A DNA stretch of 64,000 nt from a virus (lineage: Duplodnaviria; Caudoviricetes). Within the stretch, counting starts at the first letter, position 1, and every line of letters begins with the position of its first letter. Below the pieces are notes generated by a model that saw only the letters and a program-made list of their open reading frames with translations, was not told where the DNA came from and made no database searches. The stretch covers positions 384,001 through 448,000 of IMG/VR virus record IMGVR_UViG_3300014205_000170, one strand, 5' to 3'. The translations under genes and the position numbers were made by a program. Below, in pieces: positions 20,953 to 30,700 of the stretch.

Positions 20953-21996
20953 ATGGAAAAAGAAAATACAAAAATTGCATTAATAGCTGGTATCACTGGG
21001 CAAGATGGCTCATATCTTGCAGAACTTTTATTGGAAAAAAATTATAAAGTTCATGGTATCATTAGAAGGTCAAGTAGTTTCAATACAGGACGTATTGACC
21101 ATATTTTCGAACATCCAAATTTGAAATTACATTTTGGTGATGTAACTGACCCGTTAAGTGTTGCTGGTTTAGTGTCATCAATAAAACCTGATGAAGTTTA
21201 TAATCTTGCAGCACAATCACACGTAAAAGTTTCTTTTGAGCAACCATATTACACCGGTCATGTTGATGCTTTAGGAACATTAACTTTTATTGATGCTATA
21301 CGCACTCATTGTCCTACTGCAAAATTTTATCAAGCATCAACTTCAGAATTGTATGGAGGAATGGGATATAATATGCCTAAAAAAGGTTATAATGAAGAAT
21401 CTTTGTTTCACCCACGAAGTCCATATGGTGTAGCAAAAATTTATGGTTATTGGATAGTTAAAAATTACAGAGAAGCCTATAATTTATTTGCATGCAATGG
21501 TATTTTGTTCAATCATGAAGGTCCAAGAAGGGGTTTGACTTTTGTTACAAAAAAAGTGACTCATACATTTGCTAAAATGTATTCTACCAACGAAGGAGTT
21601 TTAACTATAGGAAATTTAGACGCTCAAAGAGATTGGGGTTCTGCAAAAGATTATGTAGAAGGTATGTGGCGCATGTTACAACAAGAGAAACCACAAGATT
21701 ATGTTTTGGCAACCGGCGAATGTCATTCAGTACGTGATTTTATTGAAGAAAGTGCAAAATATTTAAATTGGGACATTGAATGGAAAGGCGAAGGTATCAA
21801 TGAAAAAGGATACGATAAAAATACTGGAAGACTTTTAGTTGAAATTGATGAAAAATATTTTAGACCATCTGAGGTTGAATTATTATTGGGAGACTCAACT
21901 AAAGCACGAAAAGAATTAGGATGGGAACCAAAAACCTCATTTAAGGATTTGGTAAAATTAATGATGGATACAGATTTAGAAGATTTAAAGAAATAA
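20953..21996 (+). CDS. gmd: GDP-mannose 4,6-dehydratase
   Basis: GITGQDGSYLAELLL; AAQSHV; YQASTSELYG; PRSPYGVAK; RDWG; FRPSEV..L.GD. Confidence 0.96.
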   Translation: MEKENTKIALIAGITGQDGSYLAELLLEKNYKVHGIIRRSSSFNTGRIDHIFEHPNLKLHFGDVTDPLSVAGLVSSIKPDEVYNLAAQSHVKVSFEQPYYTGHVDALGTLTFIDAIRTHCPTAKFYQASTSELYGGMGYNMPKKGYNEESLFHPRSPYGVAKIYGYWIVKNYREAYNLFACNGILFNHEGPRRGLTFVTKKVTHTFAKMYSTNEGVLTIGNLDAQRDWGSAKDYVEGMWRMLQQEKPQDYVLATGECHSVRDFIEESAKYLNWDIEWKGEGINEKGYDKNTGRLLVEIDEKYFRPSEVELLLGDSTKARKELGWEPKTSFKDLVKLMMDTDLEDLKK

Positions 21997-22866
21997 ATTT
22001 TCTTTAAATAATTTTTGAACGACTTTTCTTACTTCTGCAATATTTCTATGTTTTTTGTATTCCGGACTTTTCCAATCTCTTGATTGATAATGAGAATCCA
22101 AGTCATGATGTATAACATCCTGCACAACTTCTTTGTGCATTTTTGATAAACTTTTTGGAAATATTCCAATTGATGTGTGTCCAAAATTTCCTTGGTCATT
22201 ACTTTGAGCAAAATCATTAATTTTTACACCATCAAATCCACGTTCTTTAGCCATGGCAAAAACCTTATGTGAATGATACTGAACATCTGTAAGGTCGCCC
22301 TCTATTGTTTCCCCATCAGTCATATCGTAAATTTTCAAATCAACATTTGGTACAAGAATAAAAAGACGACCTTTAAATCTAAAATCAGCCGGCATAACCT
22401 CTCCATTGCTTACTTTTAATTTCCAACCATGGTCTCCATATTTATCAGGAGTAGATGGTTTATAACCTAGTGTGTTTGAAAGAAAATTATTTACATAATC
22501 AAATTTTTTTCTTTGTATATCAAGATAATTACTATCAGGTTTGTCTTCTTCTTTCTCTAAAGCAGTAAAAGGATTTTGTATTACTGTATACGATTGAGCT
22601 CTTCCTCCTTTCCAAGTGATGTCATCAAATTCAATACCCATATTTTTCTGAAGAGCTATTAATTCTTTGTTTTCATTTGGTCGGAGAAAAGATTCAGTAC
22701 TTACAAACCATTCACTTGGAGCAACCGGAATATAAGTTTGTGCAATAGAAGAATCAGTAGTTGTCCATATAAGGCCATCATACCCACCACCTTTTAAATC
22801 TTTCTCTTCGAAAGGTTCTCCGGTAGCATGAAATAATTCTGTCCCTTTTTTAATAATTAAATCCAC
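21985..22866 (-). CDS. Possible ADP-ribosyltransferase-fold protein
   Basis: LFHAT...IWTT...A.TY...GFDGV.I pattern; C-terminal EVRKVVQKLFKE motif. Confidence 0.35.
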   Translation of the reverse strand: MDLIIKKGTELFHATGEPFEEKDLKGGGYDGLIWTTTDSSIAQTYIPVAPSEWFVSTESFLRPNENKELIALQKNMGIEFDDITWKGGRAQSYTVIQNPFTALEKEEDKPDSNYLDIQRKKFDYVNNFLSNTLGYKPSTPDKYGDHGWKLKVSNGEVMPADFRFKGRLFILVPNVDLKIYDMTDGETIEGDLTDVQYHSHKVFAMAKERGFDGVKINDFAQSNDQGNFGHTSIGIFPKSLSKMHKEVVQDVIHHDLDSHYQSRDWKSPEYKKHRNIAEVRKVVQKLFKENLFL

Positions 22867-22967
22867 TTATATTTTATTTATGATAAATACTCTAAAATTT
22901 TGAGGTTTATACCTATTTTAAAGTTGCTATTTACATTGAATGTAGTCTGTATATATTTGAATAGTAA

Positions 22968-23258
22968 ATGTATATAAGAAAGCAAATATTGGAGAACCAA
23001 AAAAAGTTCAGAAAAGAAATAGTTGCTGCTCTTAAACTCGAATTTCGAGAAATGAAAAAGGAGCTTGACCAAATACAAACGGCAGATGATATCATCAAAG
23101 AAGAAAAAATAAAACTCTTAAAAAGAGTCAATAAAATTAAAATTGTTCAAGAATTAGAAAAATTCTTTATATCTGAGAAAAACCTATATCCCAAATATTA
23201 TGCTTGGTGGGATGAAATAAATAATCAAGTTATTAAACATAAATACATAGACAAATAA
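22968..23258 (+). CDS. Hypothetical protein
   Basis: ORF; stop overlaps the next start. Confidence 0.5.
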   Translation: MYIRKQILENQKKFRKEIVAALKLEFREMKKELDQIQTADDIIKEEKIKLLKRVNKIKIVQELEKFFISEKNLYPKYYAWWDEINNQVIKHKYIDK

Positions 23259-23662
23259 TGAAGCCTGAAAGACCTAGTACCATATGTGTTCTTATTGATT
23301 TACAATACCACTCTTCAATAAATGCTTTTGAAGAATGGTATGGTGACCAAATATCTTATCAAGAACTTGAACAAAGTAGTTATATCGAATTTAAAGAAAT
23401 AATTTTCAAAGATATTAGTAGAAGCATAAAATTCAGAAAATATGGTAGGATGGGAAATATACTCACTATCAAAGCTGATATGTTAAAATTTGAAATTGAG
23501 CGATTTAAAAAAATGCTAGAAAAGAATAATATTAAGCTAGTGCATGGCTGGATTGTTTCAAATGTAACTATCATAACTGATAAAATGCCGGAAAAAGGTA
23601 CTGTATCAGATGATGATGAAGATAGTGAAAGTAATGATTTTGCTGATTTTGAAGATATTTAA
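23258..23662 (+). CDS. Hypothetical protein with acidic tail
   Basis: ORF in operon context. Confidence 0.55.
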   Translation: MKPERPSTICVLIDLQYHSSINAFEEWYGDQISYQELEQSSYIEFKEIIFKDISRSIKFRKYGRMGNILTIKADMLKFEIERFKKMLEKNNIKLVHGWIVSNVTIITDKMPEKGTVSDDDEDSESNDFADFEDI

Positions 23663-23685
23663 TATATATGAAAGGATAATTAACC

Positions 23686-24435
23686 ATGAGTAAGAATATT
23701 AACGAAGAAAGATTAAAAAAATTTAGAGATATGGGTATTCCAGCGCCTATGAGCCCTGTTGACCCATCTATGCTTAAAGGCCCAGTAAGAAATCTGGAAT
23801 TTGCCGCTAAACTTGAAGCTATTAAAAGAGGTGTGGTAAAAGAAGAATTAAGTACTTTTATTGAAAAAGAAACAGGAAATAAAGGTTTTATACCCATAGA
23901 AACTCCTACAAAAAAGAAACCTCAAAATCAGATAACTGAAACTGCTGAAATAAAAAAACCTTCTGTATCTGGACCAAGTTTCGATTTATATGAAAAAGCT
24001 TTATATGGTGAGAGTCCAAGTGTTTCTTTTGATAAAAATACAAATGCTAGGACATATTCTCACAATATTACTCCATCAGCTGATGATACCGGAACTGATT
24101 TTTTGGCAAATATTAAAGCTCAATTAGCTGCAAAGGCTATGAAAGCGAATCAATCAACTCCAAATAATTCAAAAATAATACAAGAAAACAAAACTAATAT
24201 CCCGGCAGGACATACTCTTGTTAATGAAAATGATTTTAAAGAGGCCGTTACCATGATTGCTTCTGATGTTTGTAAAGTTTTAATTAAAAAATTCATGAAT
24301 GAGTTTTTGACTTCTAAACCAGATTTGATTAAAGAAAATGAAAAGGTTAAGAAAGCAGAAATTATACAAGAGAATATTATAAAAATGGATGGTAATTATT
24401 TTAAAATTACACCAGTTACAGTTAAAAAGAAATGA
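23686..24435 (+). CDS. Hypothetical protein
   Basis: 249-aa ORF. Confidence 0.6.
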   Translation: MSKNINEERLKKFRDMGIPAPMSPVDPSMLKGPVRNLEFAAKLEAIKRGVVKEELSTFIEKETGNKGFIPIETPTKKKPQNQITETAEIKKPSVSGPSFDLYEKALYGESPSVSFDKNTNARTYSHNITPSADDTGTDFLANIKAQLAAKAMKANQSTPNNSKIIQENKTNIPAGHTLVNENDFKEAVTMIASDVCKVLIKKFMNEFLTSKPDLIKENEKVKKAEIIQENIIKMDGNYFKITPVTVKKK

Positions 24436-24842
24436 AAAAGTTAATAGACCATAATGTTAAAGCACAAATAACAAGAGAAACTCCTGAGATATGTTTGGAG
24501 GTAAAATACCAGGATGATTTTACTGATGACCATTATGTTTTAATAAGCGAAAGTAATACTTCCAATTCAAATCTAATTAAATTCAACATTTCTAAAAATG
24601 GTCAAAACATTACTTCTGTTGAAATGAAGGAAAGAAATGTAAATGAATTTTTAAATGAGTTTCTAAACAACACTAAAGATGATGATTTTAATAAAGAATT
24701 TAAATCTAAAATATTTGAAGTCTCATCTAAACAAATAAAAGACTTTTTTGAATTTTACGACAATTCTCTAGTTCGTAAAGGTCTTACTTTAGAAGGCGAA
24801 ATCTTTCGTATGAAAAAGATGGCCGGCATAATAAAAAATTGA
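24432..24842 (+). CDS. Hypothetical protein with C-terminal EIFRMKKMAGI motif
   Basis: ORF; motif shared with other late proteins. Confidence 0.55.
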   Translation: MKKLIDHNVKAQITRETPEICLEVKYQDDFTDDHYVLISESNTSNSNLIKFNISKNGQNITSVEMKERNVNEFLNEFLNNTKDDDFNKEFKSKIFEVSSKQIKDFFEFYDNSLVRKGLTLEGEIFRMKKMAGIIKN

Positions 24843-24886
24843 TTGTTTTCATTTCCTAAGCCTATTTATCATTAAAATTACTTTTA

Positions 24887-25801
24887 ATGATAAAATTACC
24901 TGTAAAAAAAGGCGATAAAGGAGAATCTGCTGCGGAAGTTCAAAAATTGCTTTCCTTAAATGGTTATGATTTGATTATTGATGGAGATTTTGGCTCAAGA
25001 AGTGAATTGGCTGTAATTGACTTTCAATCACATCATAATTTAAAAGCTGATGGTGTTGTTGGAGAAGTTACTTATAATGCTTTAAAAGCAAAGGACGCTT
25101 CTGTGGTAACTCCAAGTATAGCTCCGGCTACAACTGTGGACTATGGAACTTTAGTAGTTAATAAAACTGTTAGACAACCAGATTCACAGTATATCAAAAC
25201 AGAAACAAACAAAACTCAAATATTCTTGCATTTTACTGCCGGTGGTCCAAATGCAAAAAATGTAATTGGTGGATGGAATGCAGATGAGACTCGTGTTTCT
25301 ACTGCTTATGTTATAGATAGGAATACTGGTGAAGTTTTTGAATGTTTTGACCCTAAATTTTGGAGTTTCCATCTTGGTATAAACAATACTAATGGTAGAT
25401 TAGACAAAACTTCTGTAGGACTTGAAATTTGTTCTTATGGCCCACTGAAAAAAGTAGAAAATAAATATTATGCTTGGCCAAAAGAATGGAAAACGGAAAT
25501 TAAAGAAGCAAGTGTTTATAAGTTAGATAAAGCATTTAGAGGGTATAATTATTTTGAATCATTTACTGATGCGCAACTTTCAAATGTTGAAAAATTATTG
25601 CATATTTTAATTAAAAAATACAACATTAAAGTACAACCTTCATTTGATGATAATTGGTTTGAATATAACCAAAACGTAATTGACAAAACTTTACCTGGAA
25701 TTTGGACACATACAACTGTAAGACGCGATAAGTCTGATGTTTATCCGGATAAACGAATTTTGGAAATGCTTAATAGAATTTCTAAAGAAGTGAATAAATG
25801 A
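24887..25801 (+). CDS. Endolysin: peptidoglycan-binding domain + N-acetylmuramoyl-L-alanine amidase (Amidase_2)
   Basis: DGDFG..S..AV..FQ..H.L.ADGVVG; IFLHFTAG; WSFHLG; SVGLEI; WTH...R.DKSD. Confidence 0.88.
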   Translation: MIKLPVKKGDKGESAAEVQKLLSLNGYDLIIDGDFGSRSELAVIDFQSHHNLKADGVVGEVTYNALKAKDASVVTPSIAPATTVDYGTLVVNKTVRQPDSQYIKTETNKTQIFLHFTAGGPNAKNVIGGWNADETRVSTAYVIDRNTGEVFECFDPKFWSFHLGINNTNGRLDKTSVGLEICSYGPLKKVENKYYAWPKEWKTEIKEASVYKLDKAFRGYNYFESFTDAQLSNVEKLLHILIKKYNIKVQPSFDDNWFEYNQNVIDKTLPGIWTHTTVRRDKSDVYPDKRILEMLNRISKEVNK

Positions 25802-26010
25802 GCAAATCAAAAAAAATATTAAATGAGGAAATGGCAAAATCAGAATTAAAGGATTTTGTTAAAGATATCATTAATACAGAATTGAACAAAAAGATAAAAG
25901 ACGGTAAACTTACCGATGAAGAAAAAGTAAAAGATATTATTAAAGATTTATTAAAAAGACACTACAAAACGTTGTGGACTAAAGCTAATTATTTTACAGA
26001 AGATTTATAA
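25798..26010 (+). CDS. Small hypothetical (head-type) protein
   Basis: ORF with ILNEE leader. Confidence 0.5.
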   Translation: MSKSKKILNEEMAKSELKDFVKDIINTELNKKIKDGKLTDEEKVKDIIKDLLKRHYKTLWTKANYFTEDL

Positions 26011-26207
26011 TGACAAGAAAAGATTTAATGAAATTGATAGAAGACGAAGTAACTAAAGTCGCACAGGAACCTATACGAGAACCTATCAGAGAGTTACCTC
26101 AAATTCCTATGTCCAAACTTAATCCAGTTTTTAATCCTGCATTAAAAAACGAGGATGAAATCGATGAATATTTATTTAAAGCAGGAATGAAAGAAAAAAC
26201 AAATTAA
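26010..26207 (+). CDS. Small hypothetical protein
   Basis: MTRKDLMKLIEDEV leader. Confidence 0.5.
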   Translation: MTRKDLMKLIEDEVTKVAQEPIREPIRELPQIPMSKLNPVFNPALKNEDEIDEYLFKAGMKEKTN

Positions 26208-26208
26208 A

Positions 26209-26781
26209 ATGGAAAATCAAAACGAAGCACCTAAAGTTACAGCAGCAGAAGTAGCAGATTGGGAAGAGAATTTTAAAAAAACAGTAAGTCCACTTGTGAA
26301 ATTTGACAAACAAGATAATGGATATTCTATGAAGTTTTATAATGGTGAAAGTGGCATTGATGCCTACTGGTCAGGAACCATTATGTTAAAAGCTGATAAT
26401 TATATAAAATGGAGTTTTTCTGTTTTAAATGGTGTGTTTATGGATGCAAAATTTAATATTGAAGAAAGTAACAAAGGCATTCCTGCAAATCTATATGAAT
26501 TTTATAAAAGTTGGGAAGCAGAAGTTGCTTCTACAATTACAGAACCAGAAGATAAAGGCGACCAAGCACCGCCTCCAATAGCACAACCTGGCGGAACATT
26601 AGCGGGTCCAGAATCAAACAATATACCAGATTCTACAATTGCTACACCTGGCACAGGACAGCTTTCTGAGGGAAGTTTAATTACTAGAACAGGAGTTCCT
26701 TCTGTAAGTAGAAAGAATTTAAAAAGAGAATCAGTGATAATGGATAGCATGGAACGCATGCGAAGATTAGCAGGACTTTAA
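26209..26781 (+). CDS. Hypothetical protein
   Basis: C-terminal ERMRRLAGL motif. Confidence 0.6.
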   Translation: MENQNEAPKVTAAEVADWEENFKKTVSPLVKFDKQDNGYSMKFYNGESGIDAYWSGTIMLKADNYIKWSFSVLNGVFMDAKFNIEESNKGIPANLYEFYKSWEAEVASTITEPEDKGDQAPPPIAQPGGTLAGPESNNIPDSTIATPGTGQLSEGSLITRTGVPSVSRKNLKRESVIMDSMERMRRLAGL

Positions 26782-26791
26782 AAAAAATATC

Positions 26792-27103
26792 ATGAATTTA
26801 TCTGAATCATTTAAAAAAAGACTTAAAGAACTTAGTGGAATAAAAAATGTAATGAATGAAATTATTCTTTTTCCAGATGATGTTTTATTTCCGGCTACTT
26901 TTACAATATTGACTCAACAAGCTGCTGATAAAGCCAAAGCTAAAAATATTGTTCCTTCATATAAACATAATGGTTATCATTTTACCGTTAAAAACAGAGA
27001 AGAGTTAAATCAATTAATGGATTTATATAAAGAAGGTAATAAATATAATAATGAAGATATTATAGGTACAGATGTTAATGATATAAAATTCGGACAATTA
27101 TAA
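26792..27103 (+). CDS. Hypothetical protein
   Basis: MNLSESFKKRLKELSGI leader. Confidence 0.55.
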   Translation: MNLSESFKKRLKELSGIKNVMNEIILFPDDVLFPATFTILTQQAADKAKAKNIVPSYKHNGYHFTVKNREELNQLMDLYKEGNKYNNEDIIGTDVNDIKFGQL

Positions 27104-27287
27104 TTTTTTATACTTTGAGGTTTGGATGTGTGGATAGTCATTAAATAATTAGAAGAACTATAAATAAAAAAAGGCCAGAAATTGGCCTCTTTTTATTTTA
27201 TTGATATCCTAATTTAGTGATTTTCTATTTTAAATGGAGTTTTTTATTTCGAGCCAAAATGCTCTGATTTCAATGTCTTCAATCATA

Positions 27288-27479
27288 TTAACTTTCACTT
27301 ATTTTAGAGTTTTTCAATTTTATTTCTTTGGAATCGTTATTTATTCTTTCTAAAAGGTTAATAAACTTACCAGCTTGAACTTCTGTGAAATTTGTATTGT
27401 TTATACAAAACAGTTCCAAATCTTTATAAGTATTTTCATTTAATTGTGCTTGTAATCTTTTTATTTCTTTCATGTCCAA
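27288..27479 (-). CDS. Hypothetical protein
   Basis: ORF downstream of 27486-27977. Confidence 0.5.
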   Translation of the reverse strand: MDMKEIKRLQAQLNENTYKDLELFCINNTNFTEVQAGKFINLLERINNDSKEIKLKNSKISES

Positions 27480-27485
27480 ACTTAA

Positions 27486-27977
27486 TTAATTTTTTATTAC
27501 TTTCCAAGAAATAAGTGGATTTGATTCATAATTTAATGCTTGTCTAAGAATAACAAATTTGAATTTCTTCCCATTAGCCAAAGTATCATTACCTTGAATT
27601 TTGATATAATCGCCATCCTTAAGTTTCTTACTTTCGCTTGCATCAGTTACTTTAAATAAATCATCTAATTGCCTTTGTACTTTAATGGTTACATCTTGAA
27701 AATTGAAAATAACCGTTTCTCCTGGTTTAGCATCGAAAATACTTTCTTGTTTTTCGTTTGTTGTAGGAGTTGGTTGTGAACCACTATTTGGCATTGTGCT
27801 AGATGTGTTTGTTTGTGCACCGGTTGAGGTAGCAGTGTTCATTTCGTCTAATCGTTGCATTTCTTCCATTAACTTGGATTTCTTGCTTTCAAGCTCAGTT
27901 TTTTTGTCTTGTTTTAAAACTTCATTTTGAATTAGTGAATTCAATTCACTCCTTTTAATTTTTATTTCACCTGACAT
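27486..27977 (-). CDS. Hypothetical head-type protein
   Basis: IKIKRSELNSLIQNEV leader; TATTTAT upstream on minus strand. Confidence 0.55.
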   Translation of the reverse strand: MSGEIKIKRSELNSLIQNEVLKQDKKTELESKKSKLMEEMQRLDEMNTATSTGAQTNTSSTMPNSGSQPTPTTNEKQESIFDAKPGETVIFNFQDVTIKVQRQLDDLFKVTDASESKKLKDGDYIKIQGNDTLANGKKFKFVILRQALNYESNPLISWKVIKN

Positions 27978-28057
27978 ATTAATTGTTTTACCATAAATAT
28001 CTACAATTTACTGAAATTTGGATTGATTTTTTTAATAAAATCTATTTTATTTACATT

Positions 28058-29932
28058 ATGTCAGTAGAGATAAAAAAGCTTAGGACCAATTTTGAGGTCA
28101 GATTTCCTTTTAATAAGGCTTTAAACGAGTTTATTAAATCTCTTCCAAAGGACCAACAACAAACTAAAATGGATACCATTCAGCGAGAAAATGGTACCTT
28201 ATTTCAAGATTGGTACAAAGTAGTTAATGAGGCTGGACTATCTAAGATAATAGATTTTATCAAATGCAATAATTTAAAATTCAAGTTCACCAATATGGAA
28301 CCTGAAGATATTGAAAAATTAAAGCAAGAATTCAAACAAAGACAAAATAGAGGAGAAGAAGCATTAAAAGCCAGAGCTAAAGACTTAGATGTTTCTAAGT
28401 TTGAAATTCCAAACATGGCTCTACAACCATACGCCTATCAAAAACAAGCTGTAATGTTTTTCGAAAAAGCTGATGGTAAATGTATTTTAGGAGATTCACC
28501 GGGAGTTGGAAAAACATTAAGTGCTATTTCATATGCTGTAAAAAACAAACTTAAAACATTGATTGTATGTCCGGCTTCTTTAAAACTCAATTGGAGAAAT
28601 GAGATAGAAAAATTTACACACGAAAAAGCTTTCATATACAAATACAAACCAAAAAAGCGCTCTACCGAAAAAATATATACAAAAGAAGAAGCTTTGTTTC
28701 ATATAATTAACTATGAAGCATTAGAAACATTTGTAAAATTGAGCATATCTCATAAGTGTTCTTATGTACAATGTGGTTGGAAAGAAATCAATACGAAGAA
28801 AAAATATGACGAATGTCCTTCTTGTAAAAAGAAAAAAGCTATAAAATCCAGAGTTGTGGGTACAACTTTTCAAGATAAAGATGGTGTAAACCTAGACCCA
28901 AATGCATATGAATTGATTGTGTGCGATGAAGCTCATTATCTAAAGAACTCTAAGACAAACAGAACAAAGGTCATTAAAAAGGCTTTTATAGACGTTCAGA
29001 AGAAGATTTTACTAACCGGTACAGCAATTAAAAGTGTTCCGTTTGAATTCTTTTCTTTGTTGAATTTTATTGACCCTGCTGAATGGAAAAGTGCACATCA
29101 CTTTGGGGTTCGATATTGTGCTGGTTTTCAAGATGATTTTGGTTGGGATTATTCTGGTAGTTCAAACCTAGATGAATTATACCAAAGAATATCACCATAT
29201 TTCTTAAGACGCTTAAAATCAGATGTATTATCATTTCTTCCTCCAAAAACCTATACTCACATACCTATTGAATTAACAGCAGAAGAATTCAGAGAATATG
29301 CTAAAGTAGAAAAAGGGATTGTTGATGACACTGATGAAACTTCAAATGATGCAGACCACCTATCTAGAATTCAAAGACTTAAAATGTTTACATCTAAAGC
29401 TAAGGCTGAACGAGGTATTACTTTAATAGAAGATATTATTGCTGGAGATGAAAAAGTAGTGGTTTTTACAGAATACCTTTCCACTGCTGATAGAATAAAA
29501 GATTATTTTGGTGATAATGCTGTTTTATTTACAGGACAAAAAAACGTTTCCGAGAAACAAGAAGCTGTTGACCGATTTATGAAAGATGATTCGGTTAAGA
29601 TATTTGTTGGAACCATAGGAGCTGCCGGAGTAGGTATAACACTTACAATAGCCAGCATTGCAGTGTTTATAGACCAGCCATGGACACCGGCTGATAGAGA
29701 ACAAGCGGAGGATAGAATTCATAGAGCTTCCACAACTTCTGATAAAGTTCAAATAATAAGATTAATTTGTCAAGGAACAATTGACGAAGATATCGTATCT
29801 TTGTTACACAAAAAAGAAAAAACAACTTCTTTAGTATTAGATGCGGTCGTTGCTGATAAAAAAGTTCGCAGATTACAAGGAAGTATTTTTAGGGATTTAG
29901 TTACATTAATATTAGATAAAAAGAAGACATAA
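28058..29932 (+). CDS. SNF2/HARP-like helicase with inserted zinc ribbon
   Basis: GDSPGVGKT; CPASLK.NW; DEAH; LTGT; GVGITLT; QAEDRIHR; inserted CxxxxC...CxxC. Confidence 0.92.
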   Translation: MSVEIKKLRTNFEVRFPFNKALNEFIKSLPKDQQQTKMDTIQRENGTLFQDWYKVVNEAGLSKIIDFIKCNNLKFKFTNMEPEDIEKLKQEFKQRQNRGEEALKARAKDLDVSKFEIPNMALQPYAYQKQAVMFFEKADGKCILGDSPGVGKTLSAISYAVKNKLKTLIVCPASLKLNWRNEIEKFTHEKAFIYKYKPKKRSTEKIYTKEEALFHIINYEALETFVKLSISHKCSYVQCGWKEINTKKKYDECPSCKKKKAIKSRVVGTTFQDKDGVNLDPNAYELIVCDEAHYLKNSKTNRTKVIKKAFIDVQKKILLTGTAIKSVPFEFFSLLNFIDPAEWKSAHHFGVRYCAGFQDDFGWDYSGSSNLDELYQRISPYFLRRLKSDVLSFLPPKTYTHIPIELTAEEFREYAKVEKGIVDDTDETSNDADHLSRIQRLKMFTSKAKAERGITLIEDIIAGDEKVVVFTEYLSTADRIKDYFGDNAVLFTGQKNVSEKQEAVDRFMKDDSVKIFVGTIGAAGVGITLTIASIAVFIDQPWTPADREQAEDRIHRASTTSDKVQIIRLICQGTIDEDIVSLLHKKEKTTSLVLDAVVADKKVRRLQGSIFRDLVTLILDKKKT

Positions 29933-29935
29933 ATT

Positions 29936-30661
29936 ATGGAAGACAAAAAACAAAATGAAATTAACTACCCTGAGTATGTGGCAGAGCTAAAAGAATTTGC
30001 AAGTGACGAAGAGCTTGAAAAGTTTTTTACGCGTTTAAACTTTAACTATGGGGGAGGTACAGTTTTGTCTAAAGAACAAGTAGAATCTTTTTTTCATAAT
30101 AATCTTCACAAATCTGATACTCAAGATATACTTACGTTGTATATTGATACAATTAGAATGCTTCGTTTGTTTGATAAAAATGAAAATGATATTATTGGTT
30201 TGAACGAAACTGGAATAAAACATTTACACGACACATTAAGTAGTGAATACAAAGGAAGTGTTGATGACATTAAAAGTGCAGAGTTTAAAAAAGCAACTTC
30301 ACCATTTTTAAAGTTGAATGGTGAATATGGAAATATAAAAGTAGAACTAATAGCTTCTTTGAGAGATTTAAATCACGAAGGTACTCGCATGAATCATTGT
30401 ATTGCAACTTATAGTGATATTATTATCCGTAAACATTATTTAGGTTTCAGAGTTTATAATAAGAAAACTGGCGAAAGATTAACTTTGGGTTGTTTTAGAA
30501 ACCCAGATGATGATAATCTCTATTTTAATCAATTAAAAGGTTGGGGTAATTGTCCAGCAAAAAAAGAGAGTTGCGTGGCTATTATAGAATTTTGTAAAGC
30601 CAAAGGCATAACTATCACAGAATCAGAATCATATGATTTAATGTTAGCATTTATTAATTAG
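29936..30661 (+). CDS. PcfJ-like domain protein
   Basis: L..EG..MNHCIATY...TL...Q..G..N. Confidence 0.65.
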   Translation: MEDKKQNEINYPEYVAELKEFASDEELEKFFTRLNFNYGGGTVLSKEQVESFFHNNLHKSDTQDILTLYIDTIRMLRLFDKNENDIIGLNETGIKHLHDTLSSEYKGSVDDIKSAEFKKATSPFLKLNGEYGNIKVELIASLRDLNHEGTRMNHCIATYSDIIIRKHYLGFRVYNKKTGERLTLGCFRNPDDDNLYFNQLKGWGNCPAKKESCVAIIEFCKAKGITITESESYDLMLAFIN

Positions 30662-30685
30662 TAACTTTTTCCACTATTTTTCGTT
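30661..30685 (+). promoter_or_regulatory. ECF-sigma-type promoter GTAAC-N16-CGTT
   Basis: One of four copies with an exact 16-nt spacer (also 35507, 41817, 49393). Confidence 0.55.
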
Positions 30686-30700
30686 CAAGAAATAGATAGT